A stretch of 64,000 nt of DNA from Negativicutes bacterium (GCA_963665275.2 CAXXIN010000004.1:64001-128000), one strand, 5' to 3'; positions 50,873-60,958 are shown, numbered from the stretch's first letter. Translations and numbers: made by a program. The notes: a model not told the origin generated them from the sequence alone.

Positions 50873-51992
50873 CTATAATACGATCAGTTCATATTCCCTG
50901 CTTCCCATGCTGAGCGTACTCATATAGTCGAGTTGGTGCAGGCCGCCGCGCGACTCAATCCGTTCCGCGATATCGCGCCGCTGATTGTCAGGCAGTTGAT
51001 AAACCAAATCGATTCCTGCCTGATCGACTGCCAGGATATCCGTCGAGCCGAGAATGCCAATGTCATCGCAAGTCGGTTTGGCTGCGCTAGCTCCCGCACA
51101 ATCGCAATCGACCGAAATGTTTTGCAGGACATTGATGTAGGCAATGTGATTTTTGAAATGTTCGGTAATGGCCTTGCCGGATTCCACCATGCGTTCCAAG
51201 AACCCTTTGCCCAGCGGCCATCCCTCGCCGTGAACCATTCGTTTGCCTACCTTGCCTGAGGCAAAACCGATGCCGATATTTTTCAACGAGCCGCCAAATC
51301 CGCCCATGGCATGCCCTTTAAAATGGGTATACACCAGAATGGAATCGTAGTTCAGGACATTCTTTCCAATAGCGACTTCCTGCAGATGAACACCCGGCTC
51401 AAACGGAAAGGCGCCGCCGAAATTATCGATTTGTTTATCGAGAAACTCCTTCATCCCCGGCACCGGCAGCATAACATCGCCATCGGCGTCCAGGATATCG
51501 ACGGGGCAAAAATCGAACCCGTTGATTTTGATCGTTTCGCGGTGGGTGTTGGTTTCCCTCCGCGGACTTTTGTATAGCACATTGCATTCAACAATCGCGC
51601 TGCGCGGAACCTTCCCCTGAAGGTTCTTAATATACTCGATTGGCAGCAGATTGGGTCCATACGGTTCCCCTGTATGCAATTTGATACCGACTCTCCCGGT
51701 AATTCCCCGGTTGATTCGCTCGTAAATCTTTTGCACCCCGTCAGGACTCAAATCTCTAGAAAAGTATACCGTCGGCTTGCTCGCGTCGGGCTGCGAAATC
51801 GCATGCGACCCTTCCCAAGTCTTCCTGGGCGGGGGAATTTTCCTGTGCTCGCGCAGTTCCCTGCAACAGCGAGGGAATTGCCGCCAAGGTCACCGCACTG
51901 CCGGCAACCTTCAAAAAATTACGTCGGCTCAGATCCTGCATCGCTTTTTCATTCTGATCATCCGTCATTCCCATCGTGGTAAGCCTCCTCAC
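50873..51992 (-). pseudogene. Tat-exported DUF362 Fe-S protein, split by a +1 frameshift near 51831-51835
   Basis: SRRNFLK signal ORF (51756-51992); the DUF362 frame extends upstream as KPTVYFSRDLSPDG; KLHTGE, HFKGHAMGGFGGSLKN, DCDC. Confidence 0.8.
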
Positions 51993-51993
51993 A

Positions 51994-52541
51994 TTAAACT
52001 GATTTTCCCATTTCGCAAGCTTCTAGCAAAATCGAGGTCTGATTACGAATATCGCCCACCTGCTCTACCCCGACTCCGCGCACTACCCCGGCCAATTTCG
52101 CTTGTTCAAAACAAGCGATCCATCCCTGCAGCCCCTTCACTGCTCCGTCCATCGAAGCTGGATCGCTATCGCCTGACGTTGCCAGCAAATAGATGTCACG
52201 GAATGAATACTGCTGCGCGGAAAAAGCGGATTCGGAGCGATCCAGCAATGTTTTCATCTGCCCGCACATCTCGTAAAAATAAATTGCGCGTTGCGAAGAC
52301 GATCACTTCGGCCTGCAGCATTTTTTTAACAATCATATTTGCATCATCTTTGATTACGCACTGATTTTGTCGTTTGACAAGAAAGACAGCCTTTACAAAA
52401 AACCAATCATTTTGTCATGCAGGCAAATTTTTTCTACACTATTTCCCTGTTCCATTGCACCTTTAGCCGAATTCATCCGCCAATATCTCAGAATTTCCCT
52501 CTTTCCCGCGGGCTAGTGGAAATAATTAAGACATTTTTCAT
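51994..52541 (-). pseudogene. Flavodoxin-family / NADPH-dependent FMN reductase, multiply frameshifted
   Basis: Reconstructed MKNVLIISTSPR.EGNSEILADEF, FCKGCLSCQ...CVIKDD, IVFAT.IYFYEMCGQMKTLLDR. Confidence 0.85.
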
Positions 52542-52583
52542 TTTAGTCGTCCCCCCATCAGAAATTCGTGGCAAGCCAGCTGC

Positions 52584-52949
52584 TTAATTCGTTAAGGAAG
52601 TTTCCAGATCGTCGTAATTATCAATTTTGCAGGCCAAACGCTCTTTTACCGCTTGTAATTCGGCAATGCGTTCCTCCAACCGACGATATTCCTCGCGCAA
52701 AAGTTCCTTTCGGGCTTCTTTTGTTTCACTTCCCTGCTGGTACATCTGAACATACTCAACAAGGATTTCAACCGGGATGCCTGCTTTTCGCATACAGTGA
52801 ATAAATTCGACCCAGCCGCAGCTACAGTCGTCATATTCACGAATCCCGCTCGACTTGCGCTTAACCGGCGGAATAAGACCGATTCGTTCATAATAGCGAA
52901 GTGTATCCTGTGTCAAACCATATTTTTCACTGACTTCCGAGATAATCAT
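52584..52949 (-). CDS. MerR-family regulator (AdhR-like)
   Basis: MIISEVS...TLRYYERIGLIPPV.R..SGIREY, FIHCMRKAG. Confidence 0.92.
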   Translation of the reverse strand: MIISEVSEKYGLTQDTLRYYERIGLIPPVKRKSSGIREYDDCSCGWVEFIHCMRKAGIPVEILVEYVQMYQQGSETKEARKELLREEYRRLEERIAELQAVKERLACKIDNYDDLETSLTN

Positions 52950-53701
52950 TCGATTCACTCCTTTTGTTATTAGTTTCCTTACTTTCATCCTTAATTTTAC
53001 CAAAGCGACAAGGTCACTATGCAGAAAGTTGTTTTCAAAAACCAATACAACATGAATGTCGCCGGCAATCTTTTTGTTCCCAAAGGATTGAATCAGAACG
53101 CCAAAAATCCCGCGATCATTGTCGGGCATCCTATGGGCGCGGTAAAAGAACAAAGCGCCAATCTATATGCCACGAAAATGGCTGAACAAGGCTTCGTCAC
53201 CTTGTCCTTGGATTTATCTTTCTGGGGAGAGAGCGAGGGACAGCCGCGCAACGCGCTTAACCACTCACTGACGATTGAGCAGAGAAAGCAGATCATAGCA
53301 GAAGCGGTCGAACAGCGCTATGTTGAATTTACTGGCGGCGAAATCAAATACACCAGTGGAACTGAGCATGCGTTGACAGAAGACACGCATCCCATCCAGC
53401 GAGAGTTTTTTGACTTCTATCGTACTCCACGGGGCGAATTCACTCCCAAGGGTTCGTCACCTAAACTTACGACGCACCCGACGCTGACCAGTAACGTTAA
53501 ATTCATGAATTTTTACCCGTTCGCAGACATCGAGACAATTTCCCCACGCCCCATGCTTTTTATCGCGGGGGAGATCGCTCATTCCAGAGAGTTCAGTGAA
53601 GATGCCTATAAGCTGGCCGCCGAACCGAAGGAACTCTACATTATTCCGGGCGCAGGGCATGTAGATCTATATGATCGAGTAAATTTAATACCCTTTGACA
53701 A

Positions 53702-55039
53702 GATAGTGTCAAATAATGTTCGCAAAAATCATCGGCACTTCAGCTTGGTTAAGCAGCCGCATCGAGTTTTTGCTGGATCTCTGTAATGATCATGGGATGA
53801 ATATAAGATCGCCCGCTAGACCAATCCTCGCTGTATTCAATCAAGTAACTGGTTACTAGGCGAACATAGGAATCCATACTCGGGAAGATACCGACCACCT
53901 TTGTTCGACGCCGGATTTCCTTGTTTAGCCGTTCCAACAGATTAGTGGATGAGATTTTTCGCGAGTCGATTTCATTGAAACTGAAAAACTGCAGCGATTC
54001 TTCCAGACCGTCTTCCAATGTGGCAATCGCTTCCGGATATCTTGTTTCATAATCGTCCATCAGAGACGCCGCATATTTTTTGGCGCTGTCATAGTCAGGC
54101 TGGAGCCAGATTTGCTTGAGTTTTTCCGCAAAGGTTTTCTTTTCCCGGCTGGATATATGGGCCAAGATATTTCGCATGAAATGGACTTTGCAGCGTTGCC
54201 AGGCGCAACCAACGAAGGATTCCCTCACGGCTTTGACCAGCCCCTTATGCGCATCCGATACAACCAACCAGACCTTTTTTACTCCCCGGGCTTTGAGATT
54301 GTCGAACAGTTGGGTATACGTGGCGGCGGATTCCTCAACCATCGGTTCAATCGCCAGGATATCGCGTTTGCCGTCGCAATTAATGCCTGTAACTACCAGG
54401 ACCGCCATGTTTTTAACACTATGGTGATCGCGGATACGTTCATACAGGGCATCCACCCATAGAACCGGATAGATCTCTTCCAACTGGCGATTGCGGAAGG
54501 CTTCAACTTGTTCATTTAATTCTTTGGTGATGGCCGAAACCTGACTGCGGGAGATGGAGTCGATCCCCAAACTTTTGGTGAGTTTGTCGATTTTCCGTGT
54601 CGATACGCCGTTTACATAGGCTTCCTGAATGACGTTCATCAAAGCGGCTTCGGATCGTTTTCTGGCTTCCAGGAAGAATGGGATATACCCGCCATTTCGG
54701 ATCTTGGGCACCATCAGATACATTGTCCCCATTCGCGTGTCAAATCGCCTGACTCGATAACCTGAGCGATATCCCTGGCGAGTTTGGGTTCGCTCTGATT
54801 TTTGGGCTTCCAGCTTGCCGTCCACTTCGGCTGCCATGAGTCGTTCGCAGAGCCACTTGAGCATTTCCTGCATGGGATCGTCGTCTGCCACAAATTTCAT
54901 TAGCATTTTTTCAAAAGGTACGGTAGAATTTTGGTAAACCATCGGCGCTACACTCCTTTTGGGTTTGCTGGACACTTACCTTTTCGGAGTTGCCGATGGT
55001 TTTTCCTATTCTCTTTTGCGAACTTTATTGTACGCTATC
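53702..55039 (-). mobile_element. Complete IS256-family insertion sequence (1338 bp)
   Basis: 26-bp imperfect IRs GATAGTGTCAAATAATGTTCGCAAAA / GATAGCGTACAATAAAGTTCGCAAAA; 8-bp TSD TTTGACAA at 53694-53701 and 55040-55047. Confidence 0.95.
53749..54942 (-). CDS. IS256-family DDE transposase (start ATG 54942, alternatively GTG 54975)
   Basis: GVSTRKI, LWVDA, VSDAHKGL, WQRCKVHFMRN, STNLLERLNKEIRRR. Confidence 0.95.
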   Translation of the reverse strand: MVYQNSTVPFEKMLMKFVADDDPMQEMLKWLCERLMAAEVDGKLEAQKSERTQTRQGYRSGYRVRRFDTRMGTMYLMVPKIRNGGYIPFFLEARKRSEAALMNVIQEAYVNGVSTRKIDKLTKSLGIDSISRSQVSAITKELNEQVEAFRNRQLEEIYPVLWVDALYERIRDHHSVKNMAVLVVTGINCDGKRDILAIEPMVEESAATYTQLFDNLKARGVKKVWLVVSDAHKGLVKAVRESFVGCAWQRCKVHFMRNILAHISSREKKTFAEKLKQIWLQPDYDSAKKYAASLMDDYETRYPEAIATLEDGLEESLQFFSFNEIDSRKISSTNLLERLNKEIRRRTKVVGIFPSMDSYVRLVTSYLIEYSEDWSSGRSYIHPMIITEIQQKLDAAA

Positions 55040-55118
55040 TTTGACAAACTCGGATCTTTCTTCAAGGAAAATCTAAAATAAGTTTCGAGCTTATGCGCTT
55101 CACATGCCAATGATCCTG

Positions 55119-55189
55119 TGAATAGAATGAAAACAGGCCGGTCAAGGTGATCAAAACTCACCCCAACCGGCCTGTTTTCATTCTATTCA
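55119..55189. repeat. Long inverted repeat between convergent genes (bidirectional terminator or MITE-like)
   Basis: 24-bp perfect arms TGAATAGAATGAAAACAGGCCGGT / ACCGGCCTGTTTTCATTCTATTCA with an inner GGTGA/TCACC stem. Confidence 0.8.
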
Positions 55190-55252
55190 ATTAGAGATTC
55201 AGCCCTCTATGCCGCCAAGCAATCCCAGTGTCACTCTGTCATCATCATAGTA

Positions 55253-55948
55253 CTACTTCATTGTGCTCTTTTTTTCTACATAAACGTTGTCAATTTTAGT
55301 TATGGAAGCGCCAGTATTGGCACTACCATTCGAAAATGATTTCAGTTTCGATGTTATGACATACCCATCGGAAAAAAATTCACGCATGATTAACCCAGTG
55401 CCGGCAGCATAATACTCAAATTGCTCATTCGCGGGTTTCTGATTCAAAGGCGTAATTTTCACCTTAACAACGTGCTGAAAAGAGCCTGCTGGCACTTGAA
55501 CCGTCTCATTGATACTGACAATTTCTCGTTTTCCTTGGCAATCCTGCCAGAGCGCACCTCCTTTTAACGGAGCTTTAAGATACACCAGATGGGTATTAGG
55601 TTTTTCATTGAACAGAGTTTTATCGGAGTAAAACTCTTCGGTTGAAAACTCTTGGACTATGGCGTCTGAAGTCACATGGAACACTTTTCCCATGCTTGTC
55701 CCTTCATTGTTATCGTTCACTTGCACTCGGTCGCCTTCGCTACGAATAACAGTACGTGTAAAACTCGCATATTCGTTGCCACTCCCTTCAAAAACCCAGG
55801 TCAATCCAGGTTGGGTTGGAAAGAAAGCACGAACGTCAGAAATTGTAGTAATCTCGTCGAACGGCGAGCCTGTTTTTGCAGCGCAAGTGGTAAACACAAT
55901 CAGGTTGAACAGCATGAGAAAGATTAGGCTCTTTCTTGCAAAGCGCAT
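55253..55948 (-). CDS. Secreted hypothetical protein
   Basis: Signal peptide; FEGSGNEYASF, ETVQVPAGSF, EYYAAGTGLI beta-rich motifs. Confidence 0.7.
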   Translation of the reverse strand: MRFARKSLIFLMLFNLIVFTTCAAKTGSPFDEITTISDVRAFFPTQPGLTWVFEGSGNEYASFTRTVIRSEGDRVQVNDNNEGTSMGKVFHVTSDAIVQEFSTEEFYSDKTLFNEKPNTHLVYLKAPLKGGALWQDCQGKREIVSINETVQVPAGSFQHVVKVKITPLNQKPANEQFEYYAAGTGLIMREFFSDGYVITSKLKSFSNGSANTGASITKIDNVYVEKKSTMK

Positions 55949-56039
55949 ATTTTGCGATTCCCCTTTTATCGTTTATTAACTATTATATTCCACTGAACAT
56001 GTAAACCAAAGAATTATTTCAATGTAGCTATTAATGAAC

Positions 56040-56085
56040 CGAGGCTGTCTCACAATAGGTTTTAAACCTGCTTGAGACAGCCTCG
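56040..56085. terminator. Hairpin downstream of nifU
   Basis: 13-bp perfect IR CGAGGCTGTCTCA...TGAGACAGCCTCG. Confidence 0.65.
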
Positions 56086-56143
56086 TTGCGCTTGCTTATA
56101 TTTTTTTACATTCAAATCCCATTGAATTGTCATATTGGAGATT

Positions 56144-56518
56144 TTATCCGTTTGGATGCTTTTCCATATAATCCTTGATCGCGGCATGCACGGCATCAGC
56201 CGCCAGATTCGAACAGTGCATTTTGACCGGCGGCAATCCATCCAACGCTTCGGCAACAGCGGCATTGGAAACTTCCAATGCTTCGGTGAGTGTCTTGCCT
56301 TTTACCATTTCCGTTACCATGCTGCTGGTCGCAATCGCGGCGCCACAGCCAAAGGTCTGAAATTTGACATCTTCGATGATCCCGTTTTCAACCTTGAGGA
56401 AGATCTTCATAATATCGCCGCATTTGGCGTTACCGACTTCGCCGACCCCGTCGGCATCTTTCAACTCGCCTACATTACGCGGATTCGAAAAATGGTCCAT
56501 TACTTTTTGCGAATACAT
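56144..56518 (-). CDS. nifU: Fe-S scaffold NifU/IscU
   Basis: MDHFSNPRNVG, CGD, FGCGAAIA, LPPVKMHCSNLA. Confidence 0.95.
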   Translation of the reverse strand: MYSQKVMDHFSNPRNVGELKDADGVGEVGNAKCGDIMKIFLKVENGIIEDVKFQTFGCGAAIATSSMVTEMVKGKTLTEALEVSNAAVAEALDGLPPVKMHCSNLAADAVHAAIKDYMEKHPNG

Positions 56519-56521
56519 ATC

Positions 56522-57751
56522 TCATGACCCCCTAATTTCACATTCAGATTCTTTGCACGAAGCAGATTCACAACGCTGTGAGATATTGCCCCTTGTAGCA
56601 TAAAGCGGTGACATGCTGCGCAGCCTTTCAACAATGGCTGGGAAAGCTTCCAAAAAATAATCTACATCTTCTTCTGTGTTGTCCGCCCCCAACGTCAGGC
56701 GCAACGACCCATGAGCCGTAGCGTGGTCCAGACCCATTGCCAACAGCACATGGGAAGGATCGAGAGAACCGGAGGTGCAGGCAGAACCACTGGAAGCAGC
56801 AATCCCTTTCATATCCAGATTCAACAGCAAAGATTCACCTTCAACATAAATCACGCTAACATTCACATTACCTGGCAAACGCTTGGTTGGATGACCATTT
56901 AGTTTGATATCAGGGACCTTTGCCAAAATTCCGGCAAGCAACCTCTCCCTCAACTGGGTTGTGAAACGAATTTTCTCGTCCAGTCCAAGACGGGCCTTTT
57001 CAGCCGCCATGCCCAAGCCGACGATGCCGGGAACGTTTTCCGTGCCAGGACGCAAATGCCGTTCCTGACCGCCGCCCTGAATAATCGATCGTAAACGAAC
57101 TCCCTTGCGGACATAAAGTGCGCCGATCCCTTTGGGGGCATTGAACTTATGACCGGACATCGTGAGCAGATCGATGTTCATCGCTTTGACGTCAATCGGC
57201 CAATTCCCCACTGCCTGAACAGAATCCGTATGAAAATAAATACCTTTTTCTTTGGCGAGTGCGCCGATTTCCGTAATCGGTTGAATCGTTCCCACTTCAT
57301 TATTGGCGAACATCACACTGATCAGGATGGTTTCCGGTTTTATGGCCGCCTTCACCGCTTCAACATCAACCATTCCGAATTCATCGACAGGCAGAACGGT
57401 GATGTCAAAACCTTCTTTTTTTAGTTCATCACAAGGTTCAAGAACTGCATGGTGTTCGATTGCAGAGGTAATGATGTGGTTTCCCCGGCTACGGTTGGCA
57501 TAAGCAATGCCTTTCAAAGCAATATTGTCACTTTCCGTTCCGCCGGAAGTAAAAAACATTTCGTTCGGCTGCGCATTGATCAGTTTTGCGACTTGTTCAC
57601 GCGCTTCATCAACAGCTTGTCGACCTTGCCTACCGAACCAATGAACGCTGCCCGGATTACCAAAAAAATCCGTCATATACTCTACGACTTTTTTTGCAAT
57701 GACAGGATCAGTTGGAGTGGTTGCCGCATGGTCAAAGTATATTCTCTTCAT
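56522..57751 (-). CDS. nifS: Cysteine desulfurase NifS/IscS
   Basis: YFDHAATT, FTSGGTESDN, SGHKF, SSGSACTS. Confidence 0.96.
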   Translation of the reverse strand: MKRIYFDHAATTPTDPVIAKKVVEYMTDFFGNPGSVHWFGRQGRQAVDEAREQVAKLINAQPNEMFFTSGGTESDNIALKGIAYANRSRGNHIITSAIEHHAVLEPCDELKKEGFDITVLPVDEFGMVDVEAVKAAIKPETILISVMFANNEVGTIQPITEIGALAKEKGIYFHTDSVQAVGNWPIDVKAMNIDLLTMSGHKFNAPKGIGALYVRKGVRLRSIIQGGGQERHLRPGTENVPGIVGLGMAAEKARLGLDEKIRFTTQLRERLLAGILAKVPDIKLNGHPTKRLPGNVNVSVIYVEGESLLLNLDMKGIAASSGSACTSGSLDPSHVLLAMGLDHATAHGSLRLTLGADNTEEDVDYFLEAFPAIVERLRSMSPLYATRGNISQRCESASCKESECEIRGS

Positions 57752-58209
57752 GATTTCTGTTCGCCTCTTTCTTTCTCTTCGTTCACCCTTTGTGCATCCG
57801 CGCACAGGCTTGCCAAGGAAATTGAATCTAAAGCTTCGGAGATACTCTCTCCCATTTTGAGCCATATGTTTCTGCGAATACAATCTTGCGACTTATTGCA
57901 GTACGGGTTGTTTTTTCCTCCATCAGCCAAGAGGCAATCGACCGGAGCAATTGGCCCTTCCATAGCCCGTACAATGTCACCTACAGTAATGGCCGCCGGA
58001 TCCCTGGCCAGAACATATCCCCCCTGCGCGCCACGGATACTGCGAACGAATCCGGCATTACGCAAATTGGACATTAACTGCTCCAGATAATGTTCTGAGA
58101 CTTGCTGCCTCTCGGCAACGCTGCGCAAAGCCACCGGCCCTTTGCCGTATTGTTGCGCTATATCCACCATGGCCGCAACACCATAACGGCTTTTCGTTGA
58201 TACTTTCAT
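57748..58209 (-). CDS. iscR: Rrf2-family regulator, IscR-like (3 Cys)
   Basis: STKSRYG, YLEQL, SIRGAQGGY, three C-terminal Cys; upstream of nifSU. Confidence 0.85.
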   Translation of the reverse strand: MKVSTKSRYGVAAMVDIAQQYGKGPVALRSVAERQQVSEHYLEQLMSNLRNAGFVRSIRGAQGGYVLARDPAAITVGDIVRAMEGPIAPVDCLLADGGKNNPYCNKSQDCIRRNIWLKMGESISEALDSISLASLCADAQRVNEEKERGEQKS

Positions 58210-58220
58210 ATGAGCTCCTC

Positions 58221-58284
58221 TTATTCCGACTAATTTAATCGGATTTACGTTTAAAATATAACATAAACGCTCGGAATAGTCAAA
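58221..58284 (-). promoter_or_regulatory. Sigma-A promoter plus IscR type-1-like operator
   Basis: TTGACT-N17-TATATT with TG; palindrome ATTCCGACTAATTTAATCGGAT at 58223-58244. Confidence 0.7.
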
Positions 58285-58302
58285 GCTCTTTAAAAAATTT
58301 AT

Positions 58303-59643
58303 TCAGTCTATTGGAACAGGCTTTTTGCGAGCTGCCATTCGCGCCCGAATGTCCTTTTCACGCCCGTGGTCCGTCGGTTGGTAATAAGAAGACCCCTGCA
58401 AAGAATCCGGCAGATATTGTTGGGGGACATAACCGTCCGGATAGTCATGAGGGTAACGGTAGCCTACGCCATGTCCCAGCAACTGGGCCCCCCGATAGTG
58501 GCTGTCGCGCAAGTGAGGCGGTACTCCGCCGCAATCGCGATCCCTGACATCGCTTTGAGCACGGTCGATCGCCACATAGGCAGCATTACTCTTGGGCGCC
58601 GTTGCAATGTATACCACTGCCTGAGCCAAAGGGATACGAGCCTCCGGCCATCCCACCAGCTCCGCTGCCTGCATGGCGGATACCGCCAGCATCAACGCCA
58701 CAGGGTCGGCATTTCCCACATCTTCCGCCGCGCAGATAACAATACGGCGGGCAATGAACCGGGGGTCTTCGCCGCCTTCGATCATCCGGGCGAAATAATG
58801 CAGTGCGGCATCCGGGTCGGAACCCCGCATGCTCTTGATGAAAGCCGAGGTAACGTCATAATGGTTGTCGCCTTTTTTATCATAGGACTGGAGTTTTTCT
58901 GCGGCAACGGTTTCAACGATGTCGCGAGTCAGCACGACGCCCTGTTGAGGGTCGCCTGATTCTCCCGTCAGCAACAGAACCATCTGCTCAAGTAGGTTCA
59001 GCGCCGCGCGGGCATCGCCTCCGGCACGATCTGACAGAATTCCCAGCACTTCATCTTCTACACTGACCGGTATTTTTCCGAGGCCCCGCTCCTCATCCGC
59101 TAGTGCCAGCCGCAGGATGCCGATGATTTCTCCTCGCGTCAGAGCCTTGAGTCTCAGTACACGCATACGGGAGAGCAATGGCGAATTAACTTCAAAATAA
59201 GGATTTTCGGTAGTCGCGCCAATTAATACGATCGTGCCGTTTTCGACATGCGGCAGCAGCGCATCCTGCTGGCCCTTGTTGAAACGATGAATCTCATCGA
59301 TGAACAGGATCGTTCCCCTGTTGGAGGTGAGCAAGCGCTCCCGCGCTTTTTCCACGGCCTTGCGAATATCCGCCACGCCAGCGGAAACCGCATTCATCTC
59401 TTCGAAATGAGAGCCTGTGGAATGCGCGACAATATTCGCCAGAGTCGTTTTCCCTGTTCCCGGGGGACCAAAAAACAACAAAGACGGCACGGAGTCAGCC
59501 TGAATAACCCGGCGCAGAAAGCGTCCGGCGCCTACGAGTTCCTCCTGGCCAATAAACTCATCGAGGGTCCGGGGTCGCATGCGCAGCGCCAGGGGTTCAT
59601 TTTTTTGCGTCCGCATCGTCATTTGCTCGGCAAAGAGATCCAT
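58303..59643 (-). CDS. rarA: Replication-associated recombination protein A
   Basis: PLALRMRP, GPPGTGKTT, FIDEIHRFNK, GATTENP, SAFIKSMRGSD. Confidence 0.96.
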   Translation of the reverse strand: MDLFAEQMTMRTQKNEPLALRMRPRTLDEFIGQEELVGAGRFLRRVIQADSVPSLLFFGPPGTGKTTLANIVAHSTGSHFEEMNAVSAGVADIRKAVEKARERLLTSNRGTILFIDEIHRFNKGQQDALLPHVENGTIVLIGATTENPYFEVNSPLLSRMRVLRLKALTRGEIIGILRLALADEERGLGKIPVSVEDEVLGILSDRAGGDARAALNLLEQMVLLLTGESGDPQQGVVLTRDIVETVAAEKLQSYDKKGDNHYDVTSAFIKSMRGSDPDAALHYFARMIEGGEDPRFIARRIVICAAEDVGNADPVALMLAVSAMQAAELVGWPEARIPLAQAVVYIATAPKSNAAYVAIDRAQSDVRDRDCGGVPPHLRDSHYRGAQLLGHGVGYRYPHDYPDGYVPQQYLPDSLQGSSYYQPTDHGREKDIRARMAARKKPVPID

Positions 59644-59646
59644 GGC

Positions 59647-60681
59647 TTAGCCCTTTTGCAGCAGCCGGTGCAGCGTATCGACCACTTTATTGATCTCGAC
59701 CGGGGTGATCCCGTGGTGCGTTACCATCCGGATGCGATATTCGCCGAACAGGCTGACCAAGATCCCGGCCTTCTTCAATTTATCTGCGAAATCCGCCGCT
59801 TTCACGCCCATGCGGGACACGTCAACGATCACAATGTTGGTCTGTACTGTAGACAGGTCTAACGCAAAGCCCGCCACAGCCAACCCTTCCGCCAACTGCC
59901 GCGCGTTGACATGGTCTTCCGCCAATCGTTCGACCATGCTCTGCAGGCCGACAATACCGGCAGCTGCCAGTATCCCTGCCTGACGCATGCCGCCGCCCAG
60001 CATTTTGCGATATCGGCGGGCTTTGGCGATGAAATCGGCGCGCCCCACAATCAAGGTTCCCACCGGAGCGCACAACCCTTTGGATAGACAAAACTGAACC
60101 GAATCCGAGTATTGAGCAATCTTATCCACGGTTACACCTTGAGCGACAGCCGCGTTAAACAAACGCGCGCCATCGATATGAATAGGAACCTTGTGACGAT
60201 CGGCAACTTTGCGAATAGCAGAGAGGGTTTCCAGCGGATAGCAGGTTCCTCCCGCCCGGTTGTGCGTATCTTCCAGGCAGATCAGCGCGCTTTTCGGTTG
60301 GTGAATATCCTGCGGGCGAATCGCCGCCTCGATCGTCTCTGCACTCAAAATCCCCTTGACCGACGGAAGAGTTCGGGCCTGCACGCCAGACAGCACTGCC
60401 AGCCCAGCCACTTCGTAAAAGAAGATATGCGATTCCGCTTCGCAGATCACCTCATCACCGCGATTGGTATGGGTCATGACAGCCACCTGATTCCCCATAG
60501 TGCCGCTGGCCACGAACAGCCCCGCCTCTTTTCCGGTCATGCGGGCGCCCAGCGTTTCCAGTTCGATGATGGTTGGATCCTCACCGTAAACGTCGTCCCC
60601 CACTTCGGCCCGATACATTGCATCCCGCATTTTCTGCGTCGGCTGAGTGACCGTATCACTGCGTAAATCAATAATATTCAT
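59647..60681 (-). CDS. ltaE: Low-specificity L-threonine aldolase
   Basis: DLRSDTVT, GDDVYGEDP, HIDGAR, CLSKGL, GGGMRQAG. Confidence 0.95.
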   Translation of the reverse strand: MNIIDLRSDTVTQPTQKMRDAMYRAEVGDDVYGEDPTIIELETLGARMTGKEAGLFVASGTMGNQVAVMTHTNRGDEVICEAESHIFFYEVAGLAVLSGVQARTLPSVKGILSAETIEAAIRPQDIHQPKSALICLEDTHNRAGGTCYPLETLSAIRKVADRHKVPIHIDGARLFNAAVAQGVTVDKIAQYSDSVQFCLSKGLCAPVGTLIVGRADFIAKARRYRKMLGGGMRQAGILAAAGIVGLQSMVERLAEDHVNARQLAEGLAVAGFALDLSTVQTNIVIVDVSRMGVKAADFADKLKKAGILVSLFGEYRIRMVTHHGITPVEINKVVDTLHRLLQKG

Positions 60682-60780
60682 TTAATTCCACGATCCCTTC
60701 AAAAAAATCATATTCATTATTATGTTCTGCCTGTCTGGCAACAATCCTGCCATATTCCATAATTAAAAAAAGACAAAAAT

Positions 60781-60958
60781 ATCCCCGCGATGCCGTTTTC
60801 GCCCGTGTTTTGAATCCTGCCCCAGGCAGGTGGGTGCGTGCCTGATCGCTTTATGAGTCCCCGAACAAGCAGGGCATTCACGCAACGGTCAGAGACAGTG
60901 CTCCCAATGTGAAAGTGTTGGATCAAAACATTAGACGTGTACGTACACAGCAGGGATA
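60781..60958 (-). ncRNA. ssrS: 6S RNA
   Basis: Closing stem ATCCCTGCTGTG / CATCGCGGGGAT; TTTTGATCC...GGATTCAAAA; GGGAGC...CACCCACCTG bubble motifs; position downstream of aspS; U-tract. Confidence 0.88.

Larger units (their letters stand above)
52992..55081 (+). pseudogene. YcjY-like alpha/beta hydrolase: 5'-truncated, internally deleted, IS256-interrupted
   Basis: GHPMGAVKEQSA, WGESEGQPRNA|LNHS, ISPRPML, GAGHVDLYD; the original end FDKLGSFFKENLK* lies at 55040-55081. Confidence 0.85.

Noticed and set aside
52950-53153. Long N-terminal extension of MerR overlapping the hydrolase
   Set aside because: The true start is ATG 52949 with an AAGGAGTG RBS; the extension is antisense to the hydrolase.
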